Shown piece by piece: positions 9,498-18,335 of a DNA stretch of 64,000 nt. Each line of letters opens with the position of its first letter. Positions within the stretch are counted from its first letter, which is position 1. The DNA is from a virus. Taxonomy: Duplodnaviria > Heunggongvirae > Uroviricota > Caudoviricetes. The stretch lies in the IMG/VR virus record IMGVR_UViG_3300011904_000029, positions 70,312-134,311 of that record. One strand, 5' to 3'. A model generated the notes under the pieces. It searched no databases. It was given only the letters and a program-made list of their open reading frames with translations, and was not told the origin of the DNA. The translations under genes were made by a program, and so were the position numbers.

Positions 9498-9854
9498 ATG
9501 ATTAAAAAGATGATTAAGTCGGCATTGACTGTGGTTAGTATCACAAGTATGGCAGGTAATGTGTTTTTTAACAATAATGAAGAATTTGATGTGATTGAAA
9601 AGAATGGTCACATGGTTCTAGATAGAGAGCATCAAAAGGAAAGTCAAAGTGCTATTGTATGTGACATAGTGAGTCATGACAGTGTAGGATTTGAATATGA
9701 TAATCAATGGAGAGTATGTCAAAACAGTCATGATTATACGGATTATGTAATCATAGAGAATGAAAAGGGAATGAATGAGGGTGATAAATATATAGTTGAG
9801 TTAGAACATGATGACTTAGTGGGAATGGAAAAGGGAATGAATAAAATAAAATAA
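9498..9854 (+). CDS. hypothetical exported or membrane-anchored protein
   Basis: AAAGGAG RBS; basic N-terminus followed by a hydrophobic stretch. Confidence 0.7.
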   Translation: MIKKMIKSALTVVSITSMAGNVFFNNNEEFDVIEKNGHMVLDREHQKESQSAIVCDIVSHDSVGFEYDNQWRVCQNSHDYTDYVIIENEKGMNEGDKYIVELEHDDLVGMEKGMNKIK

Positions 9855-9874
9855 TACTGAAAGGATAGAGATTA

Positions 9875-10024
9875 ATGAGTCTGAACAATGAAGAAAAAGA
9901 ATATTTGATTACACTATTGCAAAAGGATAGAGATGATGCCAGGAAAGACATTGACGCTGGTGCTCCGTTAGCTAGGATAGATTATAATATTGTAGCAAGT
10001 ATATTGAATAAGATTGATAAGTGA
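9875..10024 (+). CDS. 49-aa hypothetical protein (MSLNNEEKEYLITLLQKD...)
   Basis: Read by hand; AAAGGA RBS; followed by a terminator. Confidence 0.6.
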   Translation: MSLNNEEKEYLITLLQKDRDDARKDIDAGAPLARIDYNIVASILNKIDK

Positions 10025-10048
10025 GTGGCTTTATAGTCACTCTTTTTT
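10023..10048 (+). terminator. intrinsic terminator
   Basis: gagtggct/agtcactc stem plus T6. Confidence 0.7.
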
Positions 10049-10097
10049 AATGGAATAAAAACAAAAAAATACAGGCATAATTGATACGCCTGTAAGA

Positions 10098-10283
10098 TTA
10101 CTTTGTATTATCTTTTACTTTAATAAACTTATTGGTGATCATTAGTAGTAAGGATATTGTCATTATAACATCAGTTACTGTCTGTAGAGTGCTGCCAAAT
10201 GGATAGTCACGTACTAATAGGTAACCAATAATAACAATGATGAATAAGTGATCAGAATACCTTTTGAGTAATTGCATAAGCAT
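10098..10283 (-). CDS. small two-TM membrane protein (positional analogue of SPbeta YoyJ)
   Basis: Two hydrophobic segments; directly downstream of the YonT-like peptide; weak RBS. Confidence 0.5.
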   Translation of the reverse strand: MLMQLLKRYSDHLFIIVIIGYLLVRDYPFGSTLQTVTDVIMTISLLLMITNKFIKVKDNTK

Positions 10284-10300
10284 ATTGGAAAGTATATAAT
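10272..10300 (+). promoter_or_regulatory. sigmaA promoter of the antisense RNA
   Basis: TTGCAT-N17-TATAAT with no ORF downstream. Confidence 0.75.
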
Positions 10301-10306
10301 ATTAAT

Positions 10307-10423
10307 GAGTAGGAAGGAAAGAGTTTAACCTTTCTCCTTCCTAGGTGATACAGAAAGTTACTTCTTCCGTTTAGACTTACGCTTGGGAGAGCGTTTGGAA
10401 TGAGTAACTTTCTTTTTCTTTTT
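10307..10423 (+). ncRNA. candidate SR6-like cis-antisense antitoxin RNA (about 115 nt)
   Basis: Own promoter; hairpin taggaagga/tccttccta; 11-bp stem agaaagttact/agtaactttct plus U-run; antisense to the toxin 3' end. Confidence 0.6.
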
Positions 10424-10525
10424 AGGCTTAATCTTTTCAGTGATGCTAAGTATCTTTTCTATGATGGTAAGTATGGATGCGATTAAGCCTAAGATTATCA
10501 CCAACTCATTAATATCGTCTTTCAC
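10358..10525 (-). CDS. YonT-like type I toxin, 55 aa (MKDDINELVIILGLIASILTIIEKILSITEKIKPKKKKKVTHSKRSPKRKSKRKK)
   Basis: Missed by the ORF track; GTG with AAAGGAG RBS; one TM helix and a very basic tail; promoter at 10558-10586. Confidence 0.7.
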   Translation of the reverse strand: MKDDINELVIILGLIASILTIIEKILSITEKIKPKKKKKVTHSKRSPKRKSKRKK

Positions 10526-10557
10526 CTTTTCAACTCCTTTCGTAATGGATTAACTAT

Positions 10558-10586
10558 ATTATAACATAGAATAATAGAAATGTTAA
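10558..10586 (-). promoter_or_regulatory. sigmaA promoter of the toxin operon
   Basis: TTAACA-N17-TATAAT on the minus strand. Confidence 0.7.
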
Positions 10587-10599
10587 TAGGTTGACAGTA

Positions 10600-11380
10600 T
10601 TAATTTATTTTATATTTGTTGGGTAGGTGGAATCTTGCAGGCTCCATTGTAGGTAGGAATCTTATGTGAGGGAAATTTTGTATGATGAGAGTGTGATGGA
10701 TGGGATAGGATGGGAAATGGGATGTGTGGAGAGATGAAATTTATGATAAGTAAATCTTATAGCAGAGTGGATAGGTGATAAGAAGTAGTTATAGAAGAGT
10801 TGACGGTGAAATTCACTGTTATATGCGATTTTACAAGAAAACAGATAAAATATGAAATTAGTGGTATGCCCAGTGGTCTCCTACCGTATATCTGGTAAAA
10901 ATTTACAATGATCAAATTTTCATGTGAAAAAGTTAGCAGCAAAGTTAAGTTATAGATAATGAATATTAGATGCAAGTTAAGTTGGTAAATAAAGGTATCC
11001 GGGGGTATAAAAACATCTACAAAACAGAACAAGTGTGCGTATAACGGCCTAACTGCTCTACTTCCGCACCTACTTAATTTTTAGAACGAAATGTTTTTCA
11101 TCTTCCCTAATTTTCATCAAAATCGCCACTTTTGCATCGTAAATTGAATCGTAAAACCCTTATAAATAAATCTATCCCCTATCATTCCAAATCACTTCAA
11201 TCTCCCATATCTACTTTTTCACCTTCAACTATCCCTATAAATCAACGTTTTAACGATGTACTCGATCATCCATAGTTTCATTAACTCTAACATGCTGCTA
11301 ATTATCCCTATAAATCAACATATCCAGTGTCAAATACCAGTACCTTACGATTAACGTTTATCGTACCTATAATAAAAATA
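10600..11380. other. long non-coding region with a G-rich to C-rich strand-skew switch (candidate packaging/terminus or origin region)
   Basis: No credible ORF; G/A-rich at 10610-10810, C/T-rich at 11050-11330; ggtatccgggggtataaaa near 10994-11012. Confidence 0.4.
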
Positions 11381-11414
11381 AAAAAGCCAGTCGAAATGAC
11401 TGACCCAAAATTAT

Positions 11415-13223
11415 TTATTTAATAAATCCATTTTTACAAATTATTTTTGGATAGCCATTAATACCTATCTTATACTCTTCCTTAATTTTTTTATTAAGCT
11501 GCACCACATCTAAATCATATTTACTAACTACCTCACCTATAATCATTTTTAAATTATTTTCTCTAAATCCTTCTGTTGACTGAATATCCTCTTTGATTAA
11601 ATTGTTTGTAGTCCATCCCTTTTCTTTAATCTGCTTCATAATAACCTTTTCAAATAAACTAGACAATTCTCTTTGCTGCTCAGTTAGTTCCCTTTGTTTT
11701 CTCTTTGGATAAACTCTATTTGCCTCTGAATACCCAACTGTCCGTAGTAACATTTCATAACCAAATGACTTCATGTTCATATTATTCTCTTTAAACTCTA
11801 TAGCCTTTTTTTCACCAAATTCAAAATGTCTTGATTCCTCATATTTAGGAATACCAAAAAATGAGATATGTTTTGCATTCTTCTTTCCAATAGCTCTTTC
11901 AACATCTTCTAAAAATTCAATTGGAACATTATCTCTTTCTTTTTTAAACACCAATCCTAGATATACAAATAAAGATAGTGTCTTCATAATCCTCTTATGG
12001 TCTTTTAATCCAATTGCATTGGCAATATGTCTCATACTGCAATATACAAGAAATTCAACTTGATCCTCAGTATAATGCTTTGGTGGTAAATTTTCTTTTG
12101 CAATAGTATGTAACACAATCAAATCTTTTATGTACGGTTTTATTCTTTCATACAGAGCTTCATGATCATTCTTCAGTGTCCCATCAATTAACAACTCTAT
12201 GTTTTTTTGTAACTCTGCTCGCTGCTCTTTCTGATCTTCTGTTTCTGCAATATTGATATTAAAACACTTCAATAAAAAATTAAATGCCTTTGTCTTATTG
12301 CTTTTTTGTATGTACTCTACAACCTTTCTTAATGTTCCAACTCTGAACTCACAACATTCACTAAAGCATTTATAAATCATCACTGAAGAACCGTCTTTAT
12401 CCTTCTTTAAAAATATATTGGCAGAAGGACTCTCATCTTCATGGAATATACAAGAAAACTTTTTTGGATCATTTATACCTAAGAACTCAGACATATTATA
12501 GTTATTTATGTATTCGACTGCCTCTGTTCTTGTATAAAATGTTATTGGTTTATTATTTCCAATGGCCTCATTAATCCCTTTAAAATCAACGTTTCTTATC
12601 ATATCGACCCTTTTAGGTACCCCAACTAAGTTATTAATATAAGTTGGGGTACCTAAAACCCTACTTTGCAGATTACCAATGGATAAATTTTTATTAATCC
12701 TATTATTATCACGTTTTATAGGTATTCTATTATTATAATTTATTACATATAAATCATTTCCACCATAGAATAATCTACTACCATCTTTACATTGTTCATC
12801 AACTGGATAATCATTCATTAAATAAAGTAGTGTGTTAGTCATATCATTATAATTATTCATAACTTCTTCAGTAGCAAATACAACTCTAAACCTATGATGA
12901 TTCTCTGTGTGTGAAAATGAAGTATAAATAAACATTGCAGTATCTTTAAATTCATCTAATGCTTCTTTAATTGTCATTGTCCCATCATCAAAGTCCAAAC
13001 AAAGTATTTGTTGTGAAGTCCAATTTTCAATTCTTCTTCTTATTTTACCATTTACTTTTTTATTAAAGTATCCAGGAGTAAATGTTTTACCTTTAATTAG
13101 CTGGTGAGCCAATTCTTCAGGTGTAATATTTGCAGGGTGATTAATAATCCTGTTTGAGATAATGCCCACCTCCCTTCCATTTGGTTTCTTTTTATATCCA
13201 ATTGTATCTAACATTAACCTCAA
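11415..13223 (-). CDS. primase/replication-initiator-like protein (AEP-like N-terminus, CHC2-like zinc finger)
   Basis: LCLDFDDG and YTSFSH...HRFRVVF motifs; CIFHED..PSA...YKCFSEC; TTG with GGAG RBS. Confidence 0.65.
   Translation of the reverse strand: MRLMLDTIGYKKKPNGREVGIISNRIINHPANITPEELAHQLIKGKTFTPGYFNKKVNGKIRRRIENWTSQQILCLDFDDGTMTIKEALDEFKDTAMFIYTSFSHTENHHRFRVVFATEEVMNNYNDMTNTLLYLMNDYPVDEQCKDGSRLFYGGNDLYVINYNNRIPIKRDNNRINKNLSIGNLQSRVLGTPTYINNLVGVPKRVDMIRNVDFKGINEAIGNNKPITFYTRTEAVEYINNYNMSEFLGINDPKKFSCIFHEDESPSANIFLKKDKDGSSVMIYKCFSECCEFRVGTLRKVVEYIQKSNKTKAFNFLLKCFNINIAETEDQKEQRAELQKNIELLIDGTLKNDHEALYERIKPYIKDLIVLHTIAKENLPPKHYTEDQVEFLVYCSMRHIANAIGLKDHKRIMKTLSLFVYLGLVFKKERDNVPIEFLEDVERAIGKKNAKHISFFGIPKYEESRHFEFGEKKAIEFKENNMNMKSFGYEMLLRTVGYSEANRVYPKRKQRELTEQQRELSSLFEKVIMKQIKEKGWTTNNLIKEDIQSTEGFRENNLKMIIGEVVSKYDLDVVQLNKKIKEEYKIGINGYPKIICKNGFIK
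12611..12658. repeat. perfect 17-bp inverted repeat with a 14-bp spacer inside the primase-like gene
   Basis: ttttaggtaccccaact (12611-12627) and agttggggtacctaaaa (12642-12658). Confidence 0.9.
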
Positions 13224-13293
13224 ATAATCATCTCCATATAAGTTATTAAAGAAAAAAGGCAGATATTAAATCCACCTTTGTATATGTATTTAT

Positions 13294-13959
13294 TTAATTA
13301 ATATATTGAATGTCATTTTTATCTTTTATACTTTTTTCAATAAGTTTTCTGATATCCACTTCCTCTTCTGTAAGAGGCTCAACAAACACAAATGGTTTAA
13401 TTTTATCTGCTTGGAAATTTCTATGGTATAAGTAGTCATTAATAGTTAAATTATTTATGTATTGCATGGCCGCATCAAATTTAACTCTTTTGATATTTTT
13501 ATAGCTTCCAGATCCACTACCATTGATATTTCTTTTAATAATTGTCCATAATCCTTTTCTGATATACCCGATCTCTTTACTAAACTCTTTTGGATTTGTT
13601 GAAATCTCTGGATGTAGAATATGAGCAAAATGTGTAGCCTTCTTTCCAACCAATGCCGCCATTTCCTCTGCCTGAACATCCGTAATTTTTACATGTTTCT
13701 TAATCTCTTGTACTTGTTTAAAGGCAAGCTCGGCAGATTTAATGGCAATTTCTTTAGAATCTGCAATATCCTTTTTAGATTCTAACACTTCGTCTTTAAT
13801 ATTTTGCATTTCAATATGAATACTTCTTATTTCCTCTAGCTGCTTTACATTTATATTATTAATCTCTGCTTGATTTTTAATTTGATCATTATGTGAAATT
13901 AGCATTTTCATCATTGTTTCAATTGCCTCGCTATTAAACTTATTATTATCCTTGTTCAT
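13294..13959 (-). CDS. ORF6C-type phage DNA-binding (antirepressor-like) protein
   Basis: Coiled-coil N-terminus; C-terminal ITDVQA...V.KK...YKNIKRVKFDAAMQYI pattern. Confidence 0.6.
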   Translation of the reverse strand: MNKDNNKFNSEAIETMMKMLISHNDQIKNQAEINNINVKQLEEIRSIHIEMQNIKDEVLESKKDIADSKEIAIKSAELAFKQVQEIKKHVKITDVQAEEMAALVGKKATHFAHILHPEISTNPKEFSKEIGYIRKGLWTIIKRNINGSGSGSYKNIKRVKFDAAMQYINNLTINDYLYHRNFQADKIKPFVFVEPLTEEEVDIRKLIEKSIKDKNDIQYIN

Positions 13960-13993
13960 ATTTAAATTCTCCTTTTTTATTTTATATAATTAA

Positions 13994-15193
13994 TTACTGA
14001 ATTCCAATAAAGTTCTCTTCGCTAAAACCATTATTTCCATCGGCCTTTTCTGCTTGTAACATTTCTTTTAATGTCTTAACACAGTCCTCTAATGCCTTTA
14101 CTGATTCCATCATTTCTTTTCTAACACTCATATCTGCATAAGCCATTGCACCCTGTAAGTACATTGTTGGTGTGAATTCTTTAATGAACTTTTGTATTAT
14201 AATTTGTGTTTCAAACATACTGATATGTGCTTCTGATTTAAGTGCTTCTTCTTTTTTTCTTTTTTCATTTAATTTATATTCATCTGAGTTTAAAGTTTCT
14301 TGTAGTCTTTGTTTCTCTTCTTCCAGATCACCAATCATCTTCTGTAACTTTCTCTTACCATCTTCATCCATTTTAACTCTACTCTCTAGCTCACTAATTT
14401 TATTCTTTATGTAGTCAGGAATCACTTCTTTTTCAATAACCACCTCCTTAATAGCTTCTGATTTGTTATCTAATTCACGTTTCAAGTTTTCATTTTCTTG
14501 TTGCAGTTGTTTGATTTTATTGACAAACCCATCTTTGTCTTTTTGTGAATTGGATTCTGATCTGTATTCTTTTGCTTTCGCAACTGTCGTTTTTTCAATT
14601 TCCTCACCAAGCACATCAAGCAAAGCACGTTGATTATCTTCCGTTAAATGTGCGAGTTGTTCCCCTGCTGTTGTGCCAAGTTTCCCTTCGCTTACTAAAT
14701 CTTGGAGTTCAGGGATTAGGTCGTGGAGTTTTAGGATTCGGCGCGTGGTTTTTTCGGATTCCCCGATAGTTTCCGCGATGTCTGCCGTTGTTTTAGATTG
14801 GACATTTTGTCCACTCATAGTATGCCGATTCATTCCGTGTCTAACGCCCCAATATTCCCGCAAGAAATTCGCTATTCTGCTTTTCTTTATCGGGTCAGTT
14901 TCCGCTTGCCCTCTCCTTTCAACGTTTTCGGCAATCAGTAAATATTCCGCTTCCTGTTCATTCAAATCAGGAATCATTACAACAGGTACTTCCTTCATAC
15001 CTAAATCCCTTGCAATTCGTAATCGTTGATGACCACTTATTACTGTATAATCCATTGTAATTTTAATAGGGTCACGAATTCCATTTTGTTCAATGCTACG
15101 TCTTATCTCATCATATTTTTCGCCTTCAACATCAGTAAAATAGTATCCGTTTTTATGATGTTCTTTTAATTTATTTGTTGATACTACAACCAC
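13994..15193 (-). CDS. ParB/Srx N-terminal domain protein with HTH and coiled coil
   Basis: SIEQNGIRDPIKI...VISGHQRLRIA..LG.KEVPV; TADIAETIGESEKTTRR HTH. Confidence 0.8.
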   Translation of the reverse strand: MVVVSTNKLKEHHKNGYYFTDVEGEKYDEIRRSIEQNGIRDPIKITMDYTVISGHQRLRIARDLGMKEVPVVMIPDLNEQEAEYLLIAENVERRGQAETDPIKKSRIANFLREYWGVRHGMNRHTMSGQNVQSKTTADIAETIGESEKTTRRILKLHDLIPELQDLVSEGKLGTTAGEQLAHLTEDNQRALLDVLGEEIEKTTVAKAKEYRSESNSQKDKDGFVNKIKQLQQENENLKRELDNKSEAIKEVVIEKEVIPDYIKNKISELESRVKMDEDGKRKLQKMIGDLEEEKQRLQETLNSDEYKLNEKRKKEEALKSEAHISMFETQIIIQKFIKEFTPTMYLQGAMAYADMSVRKEMMESVKALEDCVKTLKEMLQAEKADGNNGFSEENFIGIQ

Positions 15194-15329
15194 TTTTCAA
15201 TTTCCTCCCTTTATTATTTATTTCATATATGTAATAGTAATTAAAACTATGTCAAAAACAAACATCTCCTTATCTATTAAACTTATTATTTTAAAAATAC
15301 CATATTCATATAAACAAGTCAATATTATT

Positions 15330-17600
15330 TTATTTAACTTTTATCAAATCTTTTAAGAATGTTCTTCTTGTAGAACTCAAATCAGTCTCAATCGCCTGAT
15401 GCAAAGCTCCATTTTCACAAACAACAACCAATTTCTCACTAGCTCTTGTCAATGCAGTGTACACTAATTGTTTTGATAGTAGTTTATATGCAACGTAATC
15501 CAATGTGAAAAGAACATTCTTGATTCCCATTCCTTGACTTCTGTGTACGGTAATCGCATAACCTAATTCAATCATATTTAAGTCTTGTTGTGAATATATG
15601 ACTAATCCGTCTATATCTTCAAATTTTATAAGTGCGTTTTTCTCATGTTTATCAATATGAACAATTGTTCCTACTGTACCGTTAAATACACTTACATTAA
15701 CTAATTTAACATCATCCTCTTCAATTAAATCCTCTACACTATAATCTTTGTATTTAATATATGTTTCTACATCAGGAAAAGTAATAGCATTATAGTTATT
15801 TCCGTTATGGATCACCTTATCGTTCTCCAAATAAGAATAACCATTTCTTTCTAGACTGTCTTTTGATGTATCGTTGAATATCTTTTGTAATTCAATATTT
15901 AACTTCTTTACACTATTCTCCCCTCTTTGCTTAACAGCAGTGATAATTTGAAAATCGTCAATCCATTCCCTTCCGTGCTTCTTTAACATACTTCTTGCTA
16001 TGGTCATAATTGTATCAAATATTTTTTCTCTGCTTTTCATTGGGTAAAGAACCATATCTTTGTTCACTCCATATGTTTGTGGGTTGTGCTCATATCGACC
16101 ATTAATCTTTTCACCATCTCTAATTTTATTGGCGCTGGTCAATATGCCACTCTTTTGTGCTTGCCTATGTACAATAGTTAATTCTTTATTTGGATAGGTC
16201 TGTGTCTGAAGTAAATCCTCAAATACACTCCCTAATCCTATAGCTGGCAATTGTCCTGCATCTCCAACTATTATTATTTTTCCTCCATCTGGAATTGCCT
16301 TTAAAATACAATTAAACAAATATGTGTTTATCATTGAAGCCTCGTCCACAATCACTATATCATAAGGGAGTTGATTTTCTTCGTTATACATAAACTGTCC
16401 ATTCTTTGTTACGCCAAGCATTCTATGTATAGTGCTACTTTTTATTCCCTTACTACTAAGAACATTGGCAGCCTTTCCACTTAAAGCGCAGGCATTATAA
16501 ACTTCATCTGACAATGTTTCAATAATTCCTTTTAAAACTGTGGTCTTCCCTGTTCCACCTTTTCCGTTGATAATCATAACTCCATTCTGATCAGCCATTC
16601 TTATTACTTCTTTTTGTTCTTCTGTGTAGGCTATATTTAACTTTTCCTCGATTTCATCAAAGTTTATTTGTCTTTTTGTAGTTTGATAGTTACTATATAG
16701 TCTATCCAAATGAAATTTTATATTTTTCTCATAATCAAAGAATCTTTTAAGCGTAAATTTATCATCTTTAAAATAGAATTCCTTTGATTCTGACTTAATG
16801 CTTTCTAACTCATTAACAATAATTACAGTATCTATTTTCAACAAGTTTTCTGCTTTTTGAATTAGCGTGTCAACGGGAACCCATGAGTGTCCATCCTTAC
16901 CTTCATCTTTAATTATGTACTCAAAACATGCTTTTATTCTATTTGGTGAAGTTGGATCGTCACCTCTTTTCATTGCATATTCGTCAACTTTTATAAAACC
17001 AAACATATCAACAGCAGTAAGACAGTAGATGTTTTCTTTTATATTTTTAATCAGAGCATCTTGTGTTCCAAAGTGATTAACTAGCCTCTTGAGAGCATTC
17101 ATTGAAATATCTAAATCGCTTAGTTCAACCAATACTAATTTTAGGTTATCATACATAGACAGCTTTTCTTTAATCTTCAATAGTTTTGCCTCTTTTATTC
17201 CTTTCAGTTTTGAAACATCAATTTTATTATGTTTTATTTCATCAACAATCATAGTGTTTGGATATGCTTCAATTAAAATATTAGCGTCTCTTTTAGAAAT
17301 AACTTGTCGCAAGTATTGCTGTTGGTCTTCTATAGTGCCCAGTTTACGTTCACTCACTTCCACAAAACCGTACCCATCCCCATATTTTTTATGCTTTGTT
17401 GGTATCATTGAAAATTCATATTCTTTATTACCCAACAATTGTGGACAGTTTCCAGTTACAACAAAATTATTCCAATCTTTATTGATCTTTACATCTTTAT
17501 CGGAATCAATTAAATAAAATGAGTACACCCCATACATCGTGTCTGTATTATAAAATAACTCTTTACTAACCCTTGCTTTTACATTTATGATATCACTCAT
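15330..17600 (-). CDS. recD2: RecD2-like SF1B helicase
   Basis: GKGGTGKT, IVDEASM, VGDAGQLPAIG and YAITVHRSQG motifs; N-terminal OB/HhH extension. Confidence 0.85.
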   Translation of the reverse strand: MSDIINVKARVSKELFYNTDTMYGVYSFYLIDSDKDVKINKDWNNFVVTGNCPQLLGNKEYEFSMIPTKHKKYGDGYGFVEVSERKLGTIEDQQQYLRQVISKRDANILIEAYPNTMIVDEIKHNKIDVSKLKGIKEAKLLKIKEKLSMYDNLKLVLVELSDLDISMNALKRLVNHFGTQDALIKNIKENIYCLTAVDMFGFIKVDEYAMKRGDDPTSPNRIKACFEYIIKDEGKDGHSWVPVDTLIQKAENLLKIDTVIIVNELESIKSESKEFYFKDDKFTLKRFFDYEKNIKFHLDRLYSNYQTTKRQINFDEIEEKLNIAYTEEQKEVIRMADQNGVMIINGKGGTGKTTVLKGIIETLSDEVYNACALSGKAANVLSSKGIKSSTIHRMLGVTKNGQFMYNEENQLPYDIVIVDEASMINTYLFNCILKAIPDGGKIIIVGDAGQLPAIGLGSVFEDLLQTQTYPNKELTIVHRQAQKSGILTSANKIRDGEKINGRYEHNPQTYGVNKDMVLYPMKSREKIFDTIMTIARSMLKKHGREWIDDFQIITAVKQRGENSVKKLNIELQKIFNDTSKDSLERNGYSYLENDKVIHNGNNYNAITFPDVETYIKYKDYSVEDLIEEDDVKLVNVSVFNGTVGTIVHIDKHEKNALIKFEDIDGLVIYSQQDLNMIELGYAITVHRSQGMGIKNVLFTLDYVAYKLLSKQLVYTALTRASEKLVVVCENGALHQAIETDLSSTRRTFLKDLIKVK

Positions 17601-17615
17601 AACTCCGTCTCCTTT

Positions 17616-17789
17616 TTATTTAATCCCTAAATATTTACTCCACTTTTTATAGATATGCTCAGGTATCCCCTGGACATCGTTTTCCATTTTACTTATGTAT
17701 GATTTGGATACGCCCAAATATCGTGCGATCTCAGTAGCTTTAATATCTAGGATTACTCGCTTTATCTTCAATTCCTTTCCCTTGGTCAT
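17616..17789 (-). CDS. 57-aa Cro/XRE HTH regulator (MTKGKELKIKRVILDIKATEIARYLGVSKSYISKMEN...)
   Basis: Missed by the ORF track; AAAGGAGG RBS; HTH pattern. Confidence 0.85.
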   Translation of the reverse strand: MTKGKELKIKRVILDIKATEIARYLGVSKSYISKMENDVQGIPEHIYKKWSKYLGIK

Positions 17790-17823
17790 CACATATCCCT
17801 CCTTTCAAAAAGTTGATACATTA

Positions 17824-17852
17824 AATATAATAATTTATTTTATATTTGTCAA
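17824..17852 (-). promoter_or_regulatory. sigmaA promoter (leftward, cro-recD2 operon)
   Basis: TTGACA-N17-TATATT. Confidence 0.75.
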
Positions 17853-18070
17853 TTATTATTTAAATAAATTCATGTGATATTTTTAAACGTACGAGAATGC
17901 TCTACAATCAATTTTAACTCATCCGAATATAAATACACTCAAAGTTATTTTAAACCTTACATAAAGAATTCTAATACGTTCTAGTATGTTGTTAGTTGAT
18001 TAGATAAATTATTATAATAAACAAAAGAATAAAGTTTGATATTTTTTTACAAATATTTTACATTTTATAG

Positions 18071-18099
18071 TTGACATATATTAAATAAATTATTATAAT
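18071..18099 (+). promoter_or_regulatory. consensus sigmaA promoter (rightward)
   Basis: TTGACA-N17-TATAAT. Confidence 0.85.
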
Positions 18100-18132
18100 T
18101 AAATATGTAATATATAGGAGGAGGTGTGAATT

Positions 18133-18321
18133 TTGAGAGGGAAATTTAATTTGAGTGAGGTGAAATCCTATTTAGAATGGAAATCTATCAATGGGATCAC
18201 AAGTGATGAGGAAGATGAGTTGTATATTGATATTCAATGGAATAATAATCTTGAAATACATAGAAAGACAATAAATAACCTTATTAGAGAAATGAGGGAT
18301 ATAAACGAACATGGGTATTAA
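18133..18321 (+). CDS. small hypothetical protein
   Basis: TTG with GGAGG RBS. Confidence 0.7.
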   Translation: MRGKFNLSEVKSYLEWKSINGITSDEEDELYIDIQWNNNLEIHRKTINNLIREMRDINEHGY

Positions 18322-18335
18322 GGGGGGATAACTGA

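Noticed and set aside
14172-17517. Opposite-strand ORFs such as 14172..14414, 14673..15029 and 17089..17517 (also 30716..31204, 36372..36860, 49176..49511)
   Set aside because: Antisense shadows of well-supported genes, with no RBS and low-complexity Ser/Leu/Phe composition
17880-18060. Intergenic segment as an att or res site
   Set aside because: No clear core repeat or palindrome, and no boundary with host sequence in this window
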